DNA from: a virus
Length of the DNA: 60,294 nucleotides
Virus record (IMG/VR): IMGVR_UViG_3300027499_000002
Reading direction: 5' to 3' (one strand)
Part shown: positions 32,467-41,292 of the stretch, one piece after another
Layout: each line of letters begins with the position of its first letter
Numbering within the stretch: position 1 is the stretch's first letter
The notes under the pieces: generated by a model
Databases searched by the model: none
Told to the model about the DNA's origin: nothing
Seen by the model: only the letters and a program-made list of their open reading frames with translations
Program-made: the position numbers and the translations under genes

Positions 32467-33062
32467 TGTGGATAAGCAAGATCGTCGATCACGGTAGGGT
32501 CAAGTGCACAGAGGTTAAGTTGCATCCTTTGAATTACCGAACGCACAGCGAAAAGCAACAGGAGATAGTTCGAGATTCGATTACTGAACTAGGAATTGTC
32601 CAGTCCATTATTATCAATCGGACGACAGGCCGTTTAATCGACGGCCACGCAAGGGTGGGTGAGGCTTGCAAGCGACAGGCTGAAACGGGACAAGATATTT
32701 TTTTAGACGCAGAGTACGTTGAACTGAGCGAAAAGGAAGAATTACAAGCGCTTTTGTTGCTTGATGGTTCTGGCGCTCTGGCAAGACAGGACCGCGAGTT
32801 AATTGGCATGCTGGTCGATGGAATGACCTGGGAGACGGAATCCTTGCAGAATTTTCAGAAAGAGCTTGCGGTTCATTATGCGAATGATGGGGAATGGGGT
32901 GGCAAAAGGGATGCGGACATTGACAGCATAAAGGATTGGAGCAACGACGATATCAAACGACTGGTCAAGGTGGCTATTCCTGTGGAGAGATGGTCTGAGG
33001 TTGCGGAAGCCGTTAATGGTTGGCTCGAAGCGGCCGGGTATGAATACCGGGTGATCCAATGA
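32466..33062 (+). CDS. ParB N-terminal (Srx-like) domain protein, paralog 2
   Basis: Supported by LHPLNYRTHSEKQQEIVRDSITELGIVQSIIINRTTGRLIDGHARV, with TGATG coupling to paralog 1. Confidence 0.6.
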   Translation: MWISKIVDHGRVKCTEVKLHPLNYRTHSEKQQEIVRDSITELGIVQSIIINRTTGRLIDGHARVGEACKRQAETGQDIFLDAEYVELSEKEELQALLLLDGSGALARQDRELIGMLVDGMTWETESLQNFQKELAVHYANDGEWGGKRDADIDSIKDWSNDDIKRLVKVAIPVERWSEVAEAVNGWLEAAGYEYRVIQ

Positions 33063-33919
33063 AGTTACCTGTACTGGTGTCGTATGCCTACGCAAGAAAA
33101 TCCATAGCGAAGTTCGAAGCGTTAATTGCAGACGATCGAATAGAAGTACTTTTGGATTGCGGGGCGTTCACGGCAAAAAATGCCGGAGAGGTAATCACGC
33201 TTGATGCCTATTGCGAATTCCTGGACACCTATCGTGATCGGATATTCAAATACTTGGCTCTGGACGTAGTTGGAGATCCAGTTCAGACTGAAGCGAATCT
33301 GCGAGACATGCTAGATCGCGGGTACCTTCCGTCACCAGTTCATGTTAGGGGTGATGATGAAAGGAAGATGAACGAGCTTTTTGAAATGAGCGATTTTGTG
33401 GCGTTGGCAGGACTACGAATTCCAGGTCGGGGGCAATGCGATGGATCCTATATCAAAAAGAAGATGGAATGGGCGGCAGGACGGAACGTTCACTGGCTGG
33501 GATTTGTACGCGCAGAATATTTCCAGTTGCGTCCTTACAGCTGCGATTCGGTTTCGTGGTCTACCGGGGAGCAATTCGGTAACATGCATTGCTACCTAGG
33601 AAACGGAAGATTCGTAACGAGAACTTTTTCCAGGCGTGGCGAGATTTGGTCGAATCGACGCGCTCGAGATTTGGTTTTGCAGAGCGGAGTAACCCAGGGA
33701 CAATTCAACGACCAGAGGTTCTGGACTTCCAACCGAGGTATGGAGGGCTGGAAGTACATGACGGTTTTAGTTTCTGGCGAATCTTGGATCAGATACGTTT
33801 GGGATATCTACCAACGCTACGGCGTGAAGATTTTTATGGCCTCGACATTGACCGATCCACAAGTGGCGGCGATCAATTACGGATTAGAACAAAACCCGGA
33901 GCTATTCGATGGCAGCTAG
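33059..33919 (+). CDS. dpdA: DpdA-like DNA-guanine transglycosylase (TGT-fold)
   Basis: LLDCGAFTAKN, ALDVVGDP and VHWLGF...PYSCDSVSWS resemble the phage DpdA pattern. The gene is embedded in the queD/queE/folE cluster. Confidence 0.55.
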   Translation: MKLPVLVSYAYARKSIAKFEALIADDRIEVLLDCGAFTAKNAGEVITLDAYCEFLDTYRDRIFKYLALDVVGDPVQTEANLRDMLDRGYLPSPVHVRGDDERKMNELFEMSDFVALAGLRIPGRGQCDGSYIKKKMEWAAGRNVHWLGFVRAEYFQLRPYSCDSVSWSTGEQFGNMHCYLGNGRFVTRTFSRRGEIWSNRRARDLVLQSGVTQGQFNDQRFWTSNRGMEGWKYMTVLVSGESWIRYVWDIYQRYGVKIFMASTLTDPQVAAINYGLEQNPELFDGS

Positions 33920-34259
33920 TATTTTTTGCAGGTTTACGTTTGAGGCTTTCCATCATTGGCCGAACGCTACTGAACGGTACGCCTACCTTGGAACGATCCA
34001 CCGACACGTTTTCCACGTTGAGCTGCGAAGGCCAGTCGGACACGCAAATCGCGACGTAGAGTTCATCGAGTGGAAGAACTGGGCTGTTGGAAAGGTAAAC
34101 GAACAGAAGGCTCAAGAAGTGACGCTAGGCTGGTCCTGCGAGCATTGGGGCCAATGGATGATCGAGAACCTGGACGCGACCGTGGCGATCGTTTCTGAGG
34201 ACGGGGAGAACGGCGCGATCGTGGAAAAGAATGGTGACGAATGGACAGCCGGATTTTAG
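33909..34259 (+). CDS. divergent QueD/PTPS-fold paralog
   Basis: FTFEAFHHWPNA...YLGTIHRHVFHVEL...VEFIEWK mirrors the QueD pattern F.F.AaH...LHGHxY.V.V....DF..lK, but has HRH in place of HGH. Confidence 0.4.
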   Translation: MAASIFCRFTFEAFHHWPNATERYAYLGTIHRHVFHVELRRPVGHANRDVEFIEWKNWAVGKVNEQKAQEVTLGWSCEHWGQWMIENLDATVAIVSEDGENGAIVEKNGDEWTAGF

Positions 34260-34747
34260 TTGTTTCGTACTTGACGATGGCGGTCTGTGCAAACGGACTG
34301 GTGGGATATTTCGGGCCGGTGGTCTTGCCTTTGACCGCTTTGGCGATGATCCCGTTCGAGCTGACTGTGCGTGACGTTTTGCATGAAAGATGGAATGGAT
34401 CGTTTGGCAGGCTCTCGGCTGTTGTGGTCGCAGGATCGGCCGTATCGTGGATGGTGGCTCCGCTTGCGGTCTGTGTTGCGAGTGCGTCGGCGTTCTTTTT
34501 CAGCGGGTTGTCGGACTGGCTGGTGTACCTTTCCATGGCAGGACAGCCAAAGAATCGCAAGATGATCGCAAGCAATTCGGTATCTGCGATTGTGGACTCG
34601 ATGGCTTTTCAGTTGATTGCGTTCGGTGTAATCTCTTTGGAGATTCTGGTCTCGCAGTGCGGATTCAAGATCGTCGGCGGAATGGTTTGTGTTGCGGTGT
34701 TGGCTTGGATATCATCGAGAGGAAGAAACGATGCTGACTTGTACTAG
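34241..34747 (+). CDS. YhhQ/VUT-family queuosine-precursor transporter-like membrane protein (short)
   Basis: A multi-TM protein. SNSVSAIVDSMAFQLIAFG compares with E. coli YhhQ GNVSDTLAFFFIAF, and IPFELTVRDVLHE compares with FPFIFLATDLTVR. Confidence 0.55.
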   Translation: MDSRILVVSYLTMAVCANGLVGYFGPVVLPLTALAMIPFELTVRDVLHERWNGSFGRLSAVVVAGSAVSWMVAPLAVCVASASAFFFSGLSDWLVYLSMAGQPKNRKMIASNSVSAIVDSMAFQLIAFGVISLEILVSQCGFKIVGGMVCVAVLAWISSRGRNDADLY

Positions 34748-35153
34748 ACGAATTCAGTTCTGTGCCGGACACCGGGTACACGGCCACGAAACCAAATGCA
34801 AGAATCTCCATGGCCACAACTATGTCGCTTTGTTCGAGGCGCAAGGAGACTTGGATTCGATCGGTCGAGTGATTGATTTTTCCGTCCTAAAAGAGAAGCT
34901 CGGAGGATGGATCGATCAACATTGGGATCACGGATTCATTCTGTACAGTTACGATTTTGATGCGATCAATGCGGTTTCTGCACTTCCAGGAACCAAGATA
35001 CACTTGATGCCAAGCAATCCGACGGCTGAGAACATGGCAGAATTCCTGCTCAAGTTTATCGGTCCAGAGTGCTTGGCTGGAACGGGAGTGAAGTTGATTT
35101 CAGTCACACTTTGGGAAACAGAAAATTGCTATGCAAAAGCAGTATTGGATTAA
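34731..35153 (+). CDS. queD: 6-carboxy-5,6,7,8-tetrahydropterin synthase QueD
   Basis: Supported by RIQFCAGHRVHGHETKCKNLHGHNYVALFEA...VIDFSVLK. Confidence 0.8.
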   Translation: MLTCTRRIQFCAGHRVHGHETKCKNLHGHNYVALFEAQGDLDSIGRVIDFSVLKEKLGGWIDQHWDHGFILYSYDFDAINAVSALPGTKIHLMPSNPTAENMAEFLLKFIGPECLAGTGVKLISVTLWETENCYAKAVLD

Positions 35154-35745
35154 CGAGATTTACCTGAGTATCCAAGGAGAGGGCATTCGGACCGGAGAGC
35201 CTTCGATCTTCATGCGGTTCACTGGCTGCAATATGCGCTGCGATATACATGCCAACGACAAGTCGCCTGGGGGGTTTGCTTGTGATACCGAGTTCGAAAG
35301 CGGCCGAAAGATGACCGCCGATGAAATCCTCGACGAGCTGCAAACGATCAAGGGTGATTGCGTTTGGATTGTTATGACCGGAGGCGAGCCTGGGTTGCAA
35401 GTGGACGAAGACCTTCTGCAGAAGCTAAGTGAGGATGGTTTCAAGCTAGCGGTTGAAACCAACGGCTCGGTGGCATTGCCTGCGGGGTTCCACTGGATCA
35501 CAGTTAGTCCCAAGGTGGCTGAACATGCAATCAAGCAGCGAACCGCGAACGAGGTAAAATACGTTCGCGGATACGGACAGGCTTTGCCCAAGACCGTAGT
35601 ACAGGCCGAGCATTATTTGATCTCGCCAGCGTTCAGCGGATTGGAAACAGACGCTCGGACGCTGGCATGGTGCGAACAGTTGGTTTCTGAAAGCGATACT
35701 TGGAAGCTATCGCTGCAAACCCACAAGATGAACAATTGGAGGTGA
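35131..35745 (+). CDS. queE: 7-carboxy-7-deazaguanine synthase QueE (radical SAM)
   Basis: Supported by [33 protein letters not shown] and the downstream VMTGGEP. Confidence 0.8.
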   Translation: MQKQYWINEIYLSIQGEGIRTGEPSIFMRFTGCNMRCDIHANDKSPGGFACDTEFESGRKMTADEILDELQTIKGDCVWIVMTGGEPGLQVDEDLLQKLSEDGFKLAVETNGSVALPAGFHWITVSPKVAEHAIKQRTANEVKYVRGYGQALPKTVVQAEHYLISPAFSGLETDARTLAWCEQLVSESDTWKLSLQTHKMNNWR

Positions 35746-35747
35746 AA

Positions 35748-36323
35748 ATGAAGTCGATCGATCCGGCTGAAATTCCATGCGCTGAGAATGCGGTTCGAGA
35801 CCTGCTTAGATCGATCGGAGAAGATCCCGACCGAGAAGGCTTGCTGGACACTCCCAAGCGGTATGCAAAGGCGTTGCGCGAAATGACCGCAGGCTACCAA
35901 ATGGAACCGAGCAAGATCCTCGAACGGGTATTCTCCGAGGACTGTGATCAAGTGATTGTCTTGAGGGGGATTCAATTTACTTCGATGTGCGAACACCATC
36001 TGTTGCCATTCGTCGGTGTGGCCGATGTTGCCTACCTTCCAGGTGGTTCGCGTGGAGTGGTAGGACTTTCCAAGCTGGCAAGGCTGGTCGAATGCTTCGC
36101 AAGGCGACTTCAAATTCAGGAGCGAATGACAAAACAGATCGCCGAAGCTCTAGTTGAAAACCTCCAGCCGAGGGGGGTCGCAGTAATCGTAAGGGCGAAA
36201 CATTCCTGCATGAGCTGCCGAGGTGTCTTGCAGCATGATAGCGAAATGATCACCTCGAGTATGCTTGGAATGTTCCGGGACAATGCCGAGGCAAGAGCAG
36301 AACTATTGCTGTTGGTGAAATAA
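35748..36323 (+). CDS. folE: GTP cyclohydrolase I FolE
   Basis: Supported by [19 protein letters not shown]...[12 protein letters not shown]...[32 protein letters not shown]. Confidence 0.85.
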   Translation: MKSIDPAEIPCAENAVRDLLRSIGEDPDREGLLDTPKRYAKALREMTAGYQMEPSKILERVFSEDCDQVIVLRGIQFTSMCEHHLLPFVGVADVAYLPGGSRGVVGLSKLARLVECFARRLQIQERMTKQIAEALVENLQPRGVAVIVRAKHSCMSCRGVLQHDSEMITSSMLGMFRDNAEARAELLLLVK

Positions 36324-36922
36324 TGAGCCGCCGTAAAAGCGGCGCGGAACGTCGAGCGATCCGCAATAGGAACAAAAGAGCTAGGTCAGGGGCGGTCGTT
36401 GGTGAAGACTGTCCCGGTCTGCCTCGCGTTGGTGACGAGAAACCAAACACGGAACAATCCGGATCGGTGGATCAAGTGTCGCTACACCAAAGCGATACGC
36501 CCAACGAGTTGCAACAATCAGAATCTCCCTGGTGGCGTGAGTTAAGCCCGGAAAACATCGCAAAGGCAAATGCGATGGGGATGGGGGGAGCCGTGAAGTC
36601 GATGATGGACAGGCGGCTGGAACTGCGAGCGGTCTCTGAAAACTGGCCGATAAGCCGAGACGTTCGGGAGCGAATCGTTTACGAATCGATGATGGTGCTT
36701 CTCGATCCGAAAGCAGACCCGAGGCTGAAACAACGTGAGCGATGGATGCTTCACAAGATGGCAGAATCCAACACAAAGCCAAGAGACCTGCCGGTACAAA
36801 TTACAGGCAATACGACGATCACAGTCAACCAAGTCTTGGCGATGCTCGACGGTAGTTCCTCAGACGACCTAGATTTTCGGGACAGAAAGATTCTGCCGGG
36901 GTCTGTAGATGACTACGCTTGA
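36323..36922 (+). CDS. terminase small subunit candidate (by position)
   Basis: 199 aa with a basic N-terminus. It lies immediately upstream of TerL and overlaps it. Confidence 0.4.
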   Translation: MSRRKSGAERRAIRNRNKRARSGAVVGEDCPGLPRVGDEKPNTEQSGSVDQVSLHQSDTPNELQQSESPWWRELSPENIAKANAMGMGGAVKSMMDRRLELRAVSENWPISRDVRERIVYESMMVLLDPKADPRLKQRERWMLHKMAESNTKPRDLPVQITGNTTITVNQVLAMLDGSSSDDLDFRDRKILPGSVDDYA

Positions 36923-38348
36923 GCAAGCCCGGGAAGCATTCGAGAACGCTCAGGCAATGCGTTCCCCGTTGCTGATGGCCGAACGATTCTCGAAGGGCGA
37001 ATGGAAACGGGCTCGGCACTTAGCAGTTATCGACTTCGAGTTTCGCAATTTATTGAACGATCCGAATTTAGATATCCTGATTGTGAAGTGTCCGGTACGG
37101 CACGGAAAAACTGAGTACCTAGCACACTGGGCTCCGGCTTGGTTTCTGCTTCGGAATCCATACTCGAAAATCATCCTTTGCACGAACACGGCAACGCTAG
37201 CGAACAATCATTCGCGGTGGGTGCGGGACAAGGTTCATGAGCTTTCCCCGATGATGGGATTGGCCGGTGTGGACCCAATGAACTCGGCGGTGAAGAACTG
37301 GCGGCTGGAGAAGACCCACGGAAGCTGTCTTGCTGCTGGCGTCGAGGGGTCGATTCCGGGGTTCGGTGCCAACCTTTTGATCATCGACGATTACATGAAG
37401 GACGCGAAGTCGGCTTACTCGCAGCGGGTTAGGGATTCCCAGTGGGATTGGTTCGTATCGACGAGCTCGACCCGTCTGGAACCGGGGGGCAAGTTGGTTT
37501 TACTTTGTACGCCTTGGCATCCGGACGACTTGATAGGTCGGATCGAATCGAAGAAAGAAGAGCTCGACTTGCGGGTCCGATCGATCACGCTGCAAGCACT
37601 GCGCGAGGGGACCGAAAAGAAGGATCCTCTCGGTAGGGCCGAAGGCGAAGCACTGTGGCCGGAACGCTGGCCGGCAGAGGTCATGCAGCGAAGGAAGCGA
37701 CAATCAGGCCACTGGTGGGACTCGATCTACCAGGGCAACCCGAAGGGGTCTTCCATGTCGAACTGGCCGGATGCCTACTTTCAAAATATTTGGGCTCAGG
37801 ACGATGAGTTCCCGGACCCTCGGAGCTGCTACCTGTCGGCATCGTTCTTGGATCCATCAAAGGGCAAGAACACTCGGAAGGGTGACTATCAGGCGATAAC
37901 CTGGATAGGCTATCAAAACGGTTTGTTCTATGTGGATTCGGATATCGAGCGTAGGCCAGTCCCGCAGATGCTCAGGACGTTCGTTGAGTGGAATCGAGAA
38001 CGTCGAACTGCATTCGTGGGGATCGAAGCGAACGCATGGCAAGACCTCCTTGCTGACCCCTACAACGAGCTTTGCCAGGAAATGGAGTACAACGCTGACC
38101 CGCCAAACCTCGTCAACCAGACGGTCAATAAGAACGTCAGGATCGAAAGGCTTGGCAAGTGGTTTAACGATCGGCGGTTTCGGTTCCGGAATACGGCATC
38201 GAACGAGCTGCTGATCGCTCAGGCCAAAGCGTTCCCGTATGGGGATCACGATGACGGGATAGACTCCCTGGAGGCTTGCTTGGCGATGCTTTGCCGGTCG
38301 GTAGATGCCCTGCATGGAATGCACGAAGTGACCGAGACGGAAATTTAG
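36909..38348 (+). CDS. terL: terminase large subunit
   Basis: It has Walker A-like KCPVRHGKTE, Walker B NLLIIDDY and the C-terminal nuclease Asp cluster GDHDDGIDSLE. 479 aa. Confidence 0.8.
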   Translation: MTTLEQAREAFENAQAMRSPLLMAERFSKGEWKRARHLAVIDFEFRNLLNDPNLDILIVKCPVRHGKTEYLAHWAPAWFLLRNPYSKIILCTNTATLANNHSRWVRDKVHELSPMMGLAGVDPMNSAVKNWRLEKTHGSCLAAGVEGSIPGFGANLLIIDDYMKDAKSAYSQRVRDSQWDWFVSTSSTRLEPGGKLVLLCTPWHPDDLIGRIESKKEELDLRVRSITLQALREGTEKKDPLGRAEGEALWPERWPAEVMQRRKRQSGHWWDSIYQGNPKGSSMSNWPDAYFQNIWAQDDEFPDPRSCYLSASFLDPSKGKNTRKGDYQAITWIGYQNGLFYVDSDIERRPVPQMLRTFVEWNRERRTAFVGIEANAWQDLLADPYNELCQEMEYNADPPNLVNQTVNKNVRIERLGKWFNDRRFRFRNTASNELLIAQAKAFPYGDHDDGIDSLEACLAMLCRSVDALHGMHEVTETEI

Positions 38349-38364
38349 TTTTTTTCCTGAGGTT

Positions 38365-38376
38365 GGTGGCGTTAGA
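38365..38376 (+). promoter_or_regulatory. promoter-like motif GGTGGCGTTAGA
   Basis: Preceded by TTTTTTTCCTGAGGTT. ATG 38418 lies 42 nt downstream. Confidence 0.5.
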
Positions 38377-38417
38377 TTGTTGGTAGTTGTATCGAGGTCA
38401 CAAAAAAATCGAGGCGA

Positions 38418-38816
38418 ATGATGGCGTGCATACCTGGGTTAGAGCACTTGGAAAAAGAAGGATGGGAAGTGGTTGCGGTCGATTATATTAGTCAGGGTGA
38501 ATGGTATCTTGACGGCGATGCAAAGCCTCTAAAGTGGTTAAAACAAAATAAAAGTTACAGCAAGACCCTGATTGTCCGCAAGATTGTGAAGCCTGATGAG
38601 TACAGGCCGTTCAAGAACGCTGCTGAGTACCTGCCTCACTTTGATCGTCCGTTGATAACTATGGATCGACCTGGGGCGGTTCGTGTAGTCGAGTGCAACG
38701 ACAACGGCGTGTGGATCGGTCCTGGTTCGGCGATGCTGACCTATGCCCAAGTCTTAAGCGATGGATTCAGGTTCGGAGACAATGGCACCCCCTTTGGGGT
38801 CAAGGTTGAATCATGA
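38418..38816 (+). CDS. hypothetical protein
   Basis: 132 aa. It is the first gene of the accessory island between TerL and the portal. Confidence 0.5.
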   Translation: MMACIPGLEHLEKEGWEVVAVDYISQGEWYLDGDAKPLKWLKQNKSYSKTLIVRKIVKPDEYRPFKNAAEYLPHFDRPLITMDRPGAVRVVECNDNGVWIGPGSAMLTYAQVLSDGFRFGDNGTPFGVKVES

Positions 38817-39055
38817 ACACAGAAGAAACGAATAGGCTGAACGCACAGAGAGCTGAGGACGCGAAACGAATCAGCGAAGCGTACCTGGAAGCCGAACGTG
38901 CGGTTGCCAAGGTTGGAACGTTGCTTCGCACTACGTTGGCAGGCAAGTATATGTGGGCGACCCGTCACCGGACTGCGATAAGCGGAATCAAGGCGACGCT
39001 GAATATCATGCGGAAGGACGTTCCAGACTATCGGGGAAAAGAGCAGGATTCATGA
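38813..39055 (+). CDS. hypothetical protein
   Basis: 80 aa with an ATGA overlap. Confidence 0.45.
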   Translation: MNTEETNRLNAQRAEDAKRISEAYLEAERAVAKVGTLLRTTLAGKYMWATRHRTAISGIKATLNIMRKDVPDYRGKEQDS

Positions 39056-39240
39056 GCAAGCGAACTCCGATAACGTCAAAGCCCTATGCAGTGGTTTTTA
39101 AGTGGAAGGACGCAAAGCCAGGGGTCTTAGATGTGCAGGAGTATTTTGAAACGGAAGAGCAGGCAAATACTTATCTCCTTGGCCTCAATGGGAAGTTGCC
39201 AAAGGGTGTAGAGTTTGCAGGCGTTATGAAGTGGGAGTAA
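39052..39240 (+). CDS. hypothetical protein
   Basis: 62 aa with an ATGA overlap. Confidence 0.45.
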   Translation: MSKRTPITSKPYAVVFKWKDAKPGVLDVQEYFETEEQANTYLLGLNGKLPKGVEFAGVMKWE

Positions 39241-39248
39241 ATAAAATC

Positions 39249-39407
39249 ATGAGCAAAATCGACCTAAACGAACAGGAACTCGAAGCCGAGTATCGAGACT
39301 GCCAATGCGAAGCCGTCTGGTTTGAGCGTTTGCTGGTTGCTGGGGCAGTTGCAATCGGTTTGGCTGTGCTCTATTTCTGCGGGGCTCTGGGATGGATCGT
39401 AAGATAG
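39249..39407 (+). CDS. small single-TM protein (below the ORF-track cutoff)
   Basis: I translated MSKIDLNEQELEAEYRDCQCEAVWFERLLVAGAVAIGLAVLYFCGALGWIVR* by hand. 52 aa. Confidence 0.35.
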   Translation: MSKIDLNEQELEAEYRDCQCEAVWFERLLVAGAVAIGLAVLYFCGALGWIVR

Positions 39408-39643
39408 TCCGCGAGAAGCTTGCAGAGCTTGAGCAGGTCGCAGGCTGCGAGATTACGAACGCTGGCCTGGACGAGCTGGAAAAGTGGTTCGATCGAGGCT
39501 ACCACACGGCGTTGCCTGGATCGAGGGCTGACAACCTCGGCAAAGAAACCAGCCAGCAACGAGCGTTCTATCTCGGCAATTTGACGCGCCGGATCGAGCT
39601 AAGGAAGACCCTCTGCGTCGGTCGATCACTGATAAAAAAGTGA
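39392..39643 (+). CDS. hypothetical protein
   Basis: 83 aa. It overlaps the small TM ORF by 16 nt. Confidence 0.45.
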   Translation: MDRKIVREKLAELEQVAGCEITNAGLDELEKWFDRGYHTALPGSRADNLGKETSQQRAFYLGNLTRRIELRKTLCVGRSLIKK

Positions 39644-39694
39644 CGTTGTTTTTCTTTATGCGATTTCGATCGATTTGGTTTTTCCTAGCGTTTT

Positions 39695-39706
39695 CGTGGC
39701 GTTAGA
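39695..39706 (+). promoter_or_regulatory. promoter-like motif cGTGGCGTTAGA
   Basis: Preceded by GGTTTTTCCTAGCGTTTT. A palindrome lies 10 nt downstream. Confidence 0.45.
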
Positions 39707-39716
39707 TGGGTGAAGC

Positions 39717-39732
39717 TTGGAAACGTTTCCAA
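39717..39732. repeat. palindrome copy TTGGAAACGTTTCCAA (16/16; 18-bp palindrome 39716-39733)
   Basis: Intergenic, in an operator-like position. Confidence 0.95.
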
Positions 39733-39796
39733 GAATGCTGACGGTCGGTCAATGAAAACATTGGAAAACTGAAAAACGGTTTTTCAAAACTGGTTT

Positions 39797-39808
39797 GGTG
39801 GCGTTGTA
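39797..39808 (+). promoter_or_regulatory. promoter-like motif GGTGGCGTTGTA
   Basis: ATG 39827 lies 19 nt downstream. This is the second motif copy in the same intergenic region. Confidence 0.4.
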
Positions 39809-39826
39809 TTGATGGAGGATTTTTTC

Positions 39827-40081
39827 ATGGCAAATTTCGAGTGGCAAGAAGTGTCTGACGTCGTTCGCAGGTGTGTGATTGACGGCGAAATCTGGTGCGT
39901 CCAAAACGAAATGGAAGGTTTTCTTGTATGCGGTCCGTTGTGGTCAACGGAAAAGGATTGTGATTCGATGGCCGCTGCCGAGGAAGAAATCCAAAACCAA
40001 ATTGATGAGCGTCGCGCGGCGCTCGCTGAGTCGAGAGGTCAAGAGTACCAAGCATGGTGCAGAGGAAACGAGAGGGTATGA
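39827..40081 (+). CDS. hypothetical protein
   Basis: ATG 39827 follows the RBS GGAGGA. 84 aa. Confidence 0.5.
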   Translation: MANFEWQEVSDVVRRCVIDGEIWCVQNEMEGFLVCGPLWSTEKDCDSMAAAEEEIQNQIDERRAALAESRGQEYQAWCRGNERV

Positions 40082-41292
40082 GCACGGAACTACAAGCAGT
40101 TGAGCCAGACGGCAAGTTGCTTCGGTCGGCGTTTTGCGAGCAGGCTTTTACGGAGCTGTCCGCACAAGTCGCGGAGCTGGACGCAACGACCCCCGAGGGG
40201 TACGACAAAACCAAGAACGCGATTCGATGGTGTGTGAAGGCTCGATCAGCAGTGTCGAAGCTGAAAGAGGATCTGAATCGCGAAGCACTCAGGCATCAGC
40301 GAGCGGTCAATGCAGACGAAAAGTACTTGATCGATTTAATCAGAACGGTCGAGGATCCGCTGACCAAGAAAAAGAAAGCCGTTGACGACGAAGTGGAGCG
40401 CAAGCGTGCAGAGCTCGAAGCCAAGCATCAGGCATGGATCAACGGCCGGATCGCCGAAAGCGTACAAGCGACCGGAAAGCCGATCACGACCGAAGAGGCT
40501 GAGTCCTGGAGCGACGAACAGTTCGCAGAGCATATCGAAGCCGGACGGAAGGCAAAAGCAGAAGCAGACGCCAAAGCCAAAGCAGAGGCCGCTAGGCTTG
40601 CTCAGGAAGAGTCTGACCGGAAAGCCAAGATCAAGGCCGAGCAGGATCAGATCGCAGCGGACAGGGCAGAACTGGCACGCCAGAAGGCCGAACAGGATGC
40701 CGAGGCGAAACGCATCAAGGACGAGCAGGACCAACGGGACAGGGATATCGAAGCGAAGCTGGCCAAGATCCGGGAGGCTGAGGAAAAGGCAGAGCGAGAG
40801 GCCAACCTGAAACGTCAACTTGCAGAGCGTGAAGCCGAGCGAGAACAACTGAAAAACAAGACGTTCACGCTCCCTACGTTGAGTCCAGAATGGATCGAGG
40901 TTGACGAAAAGTTGACCGAGCACGACCGAGCCACAAAGCAAATGATTGAGGCTGAGGCCGCTGAGGACTTGAAGGGCGAATCGCGGGATGCGTTGGTCGG
41001 TGCTTTCGATTCGGTTGATCCGGTCTGTGCGGTGAATCGCATGGCTGTACCGGTTGAGAGTGCTCAGGAAATTATAGACGCTGCCGAGCACGAGGTAGCA
41101 CGAAACCTGATCGCTACAAACCACGGCGAAATCATGCTATTGCTGAGGACTATGCGGGTCGGAGCAACACGCCTGGAAGCGTTGCTGGATGATGCCGAAG
41201 GGGTTCTCTATGGGTATCAAAGCATGGCCGAGGATATCAGCATGGATATCGAATGCCTACAGCAAGAAATGGACAAGCTCGCACCAAAATAA
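40078..41292 (+). CDS. coiled-coil protein (K/A/E-rich)
   Basis: 404 aa with a long AKAEADAKAKAEAARLAQEE... heptad-like region and an ATGA overlap. Confidence 0.5.
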   Translation: MSTELQAVEPDGKLLRSAFCEQAFTELSAQVAELDATTPEGYDKTKNAIRWCVKARSAVSKLKEDLNREALRHQRAVNADEKYLIDLIRTVEDPLTKKKKAVDDEVERKRAELEAKHQAWINGRIAESVQATGKPITTEEAESWSDEQFAEHIEAGRKAKAEADAKAKAEAARLAQEESDRKAKIKAEQDQIAADRAELARQKAEQDAEAKRIKDEQDQRDRDIEAKLAKIREAEEKAEREANLKRQLAEREAEREQLKNKTFTLPTLSPEWIEVDEKLTEHDRATKQMIEAEAAEDLKGESRDALVGAFDSVDPVCAVNRMAVPVESAQEIIDAAEHEVARNLIATNHGEIMLLLRTMRVGATRLEALLDDAEGVLYGYQSMAEDISMDIECLQQEMDKLAPK

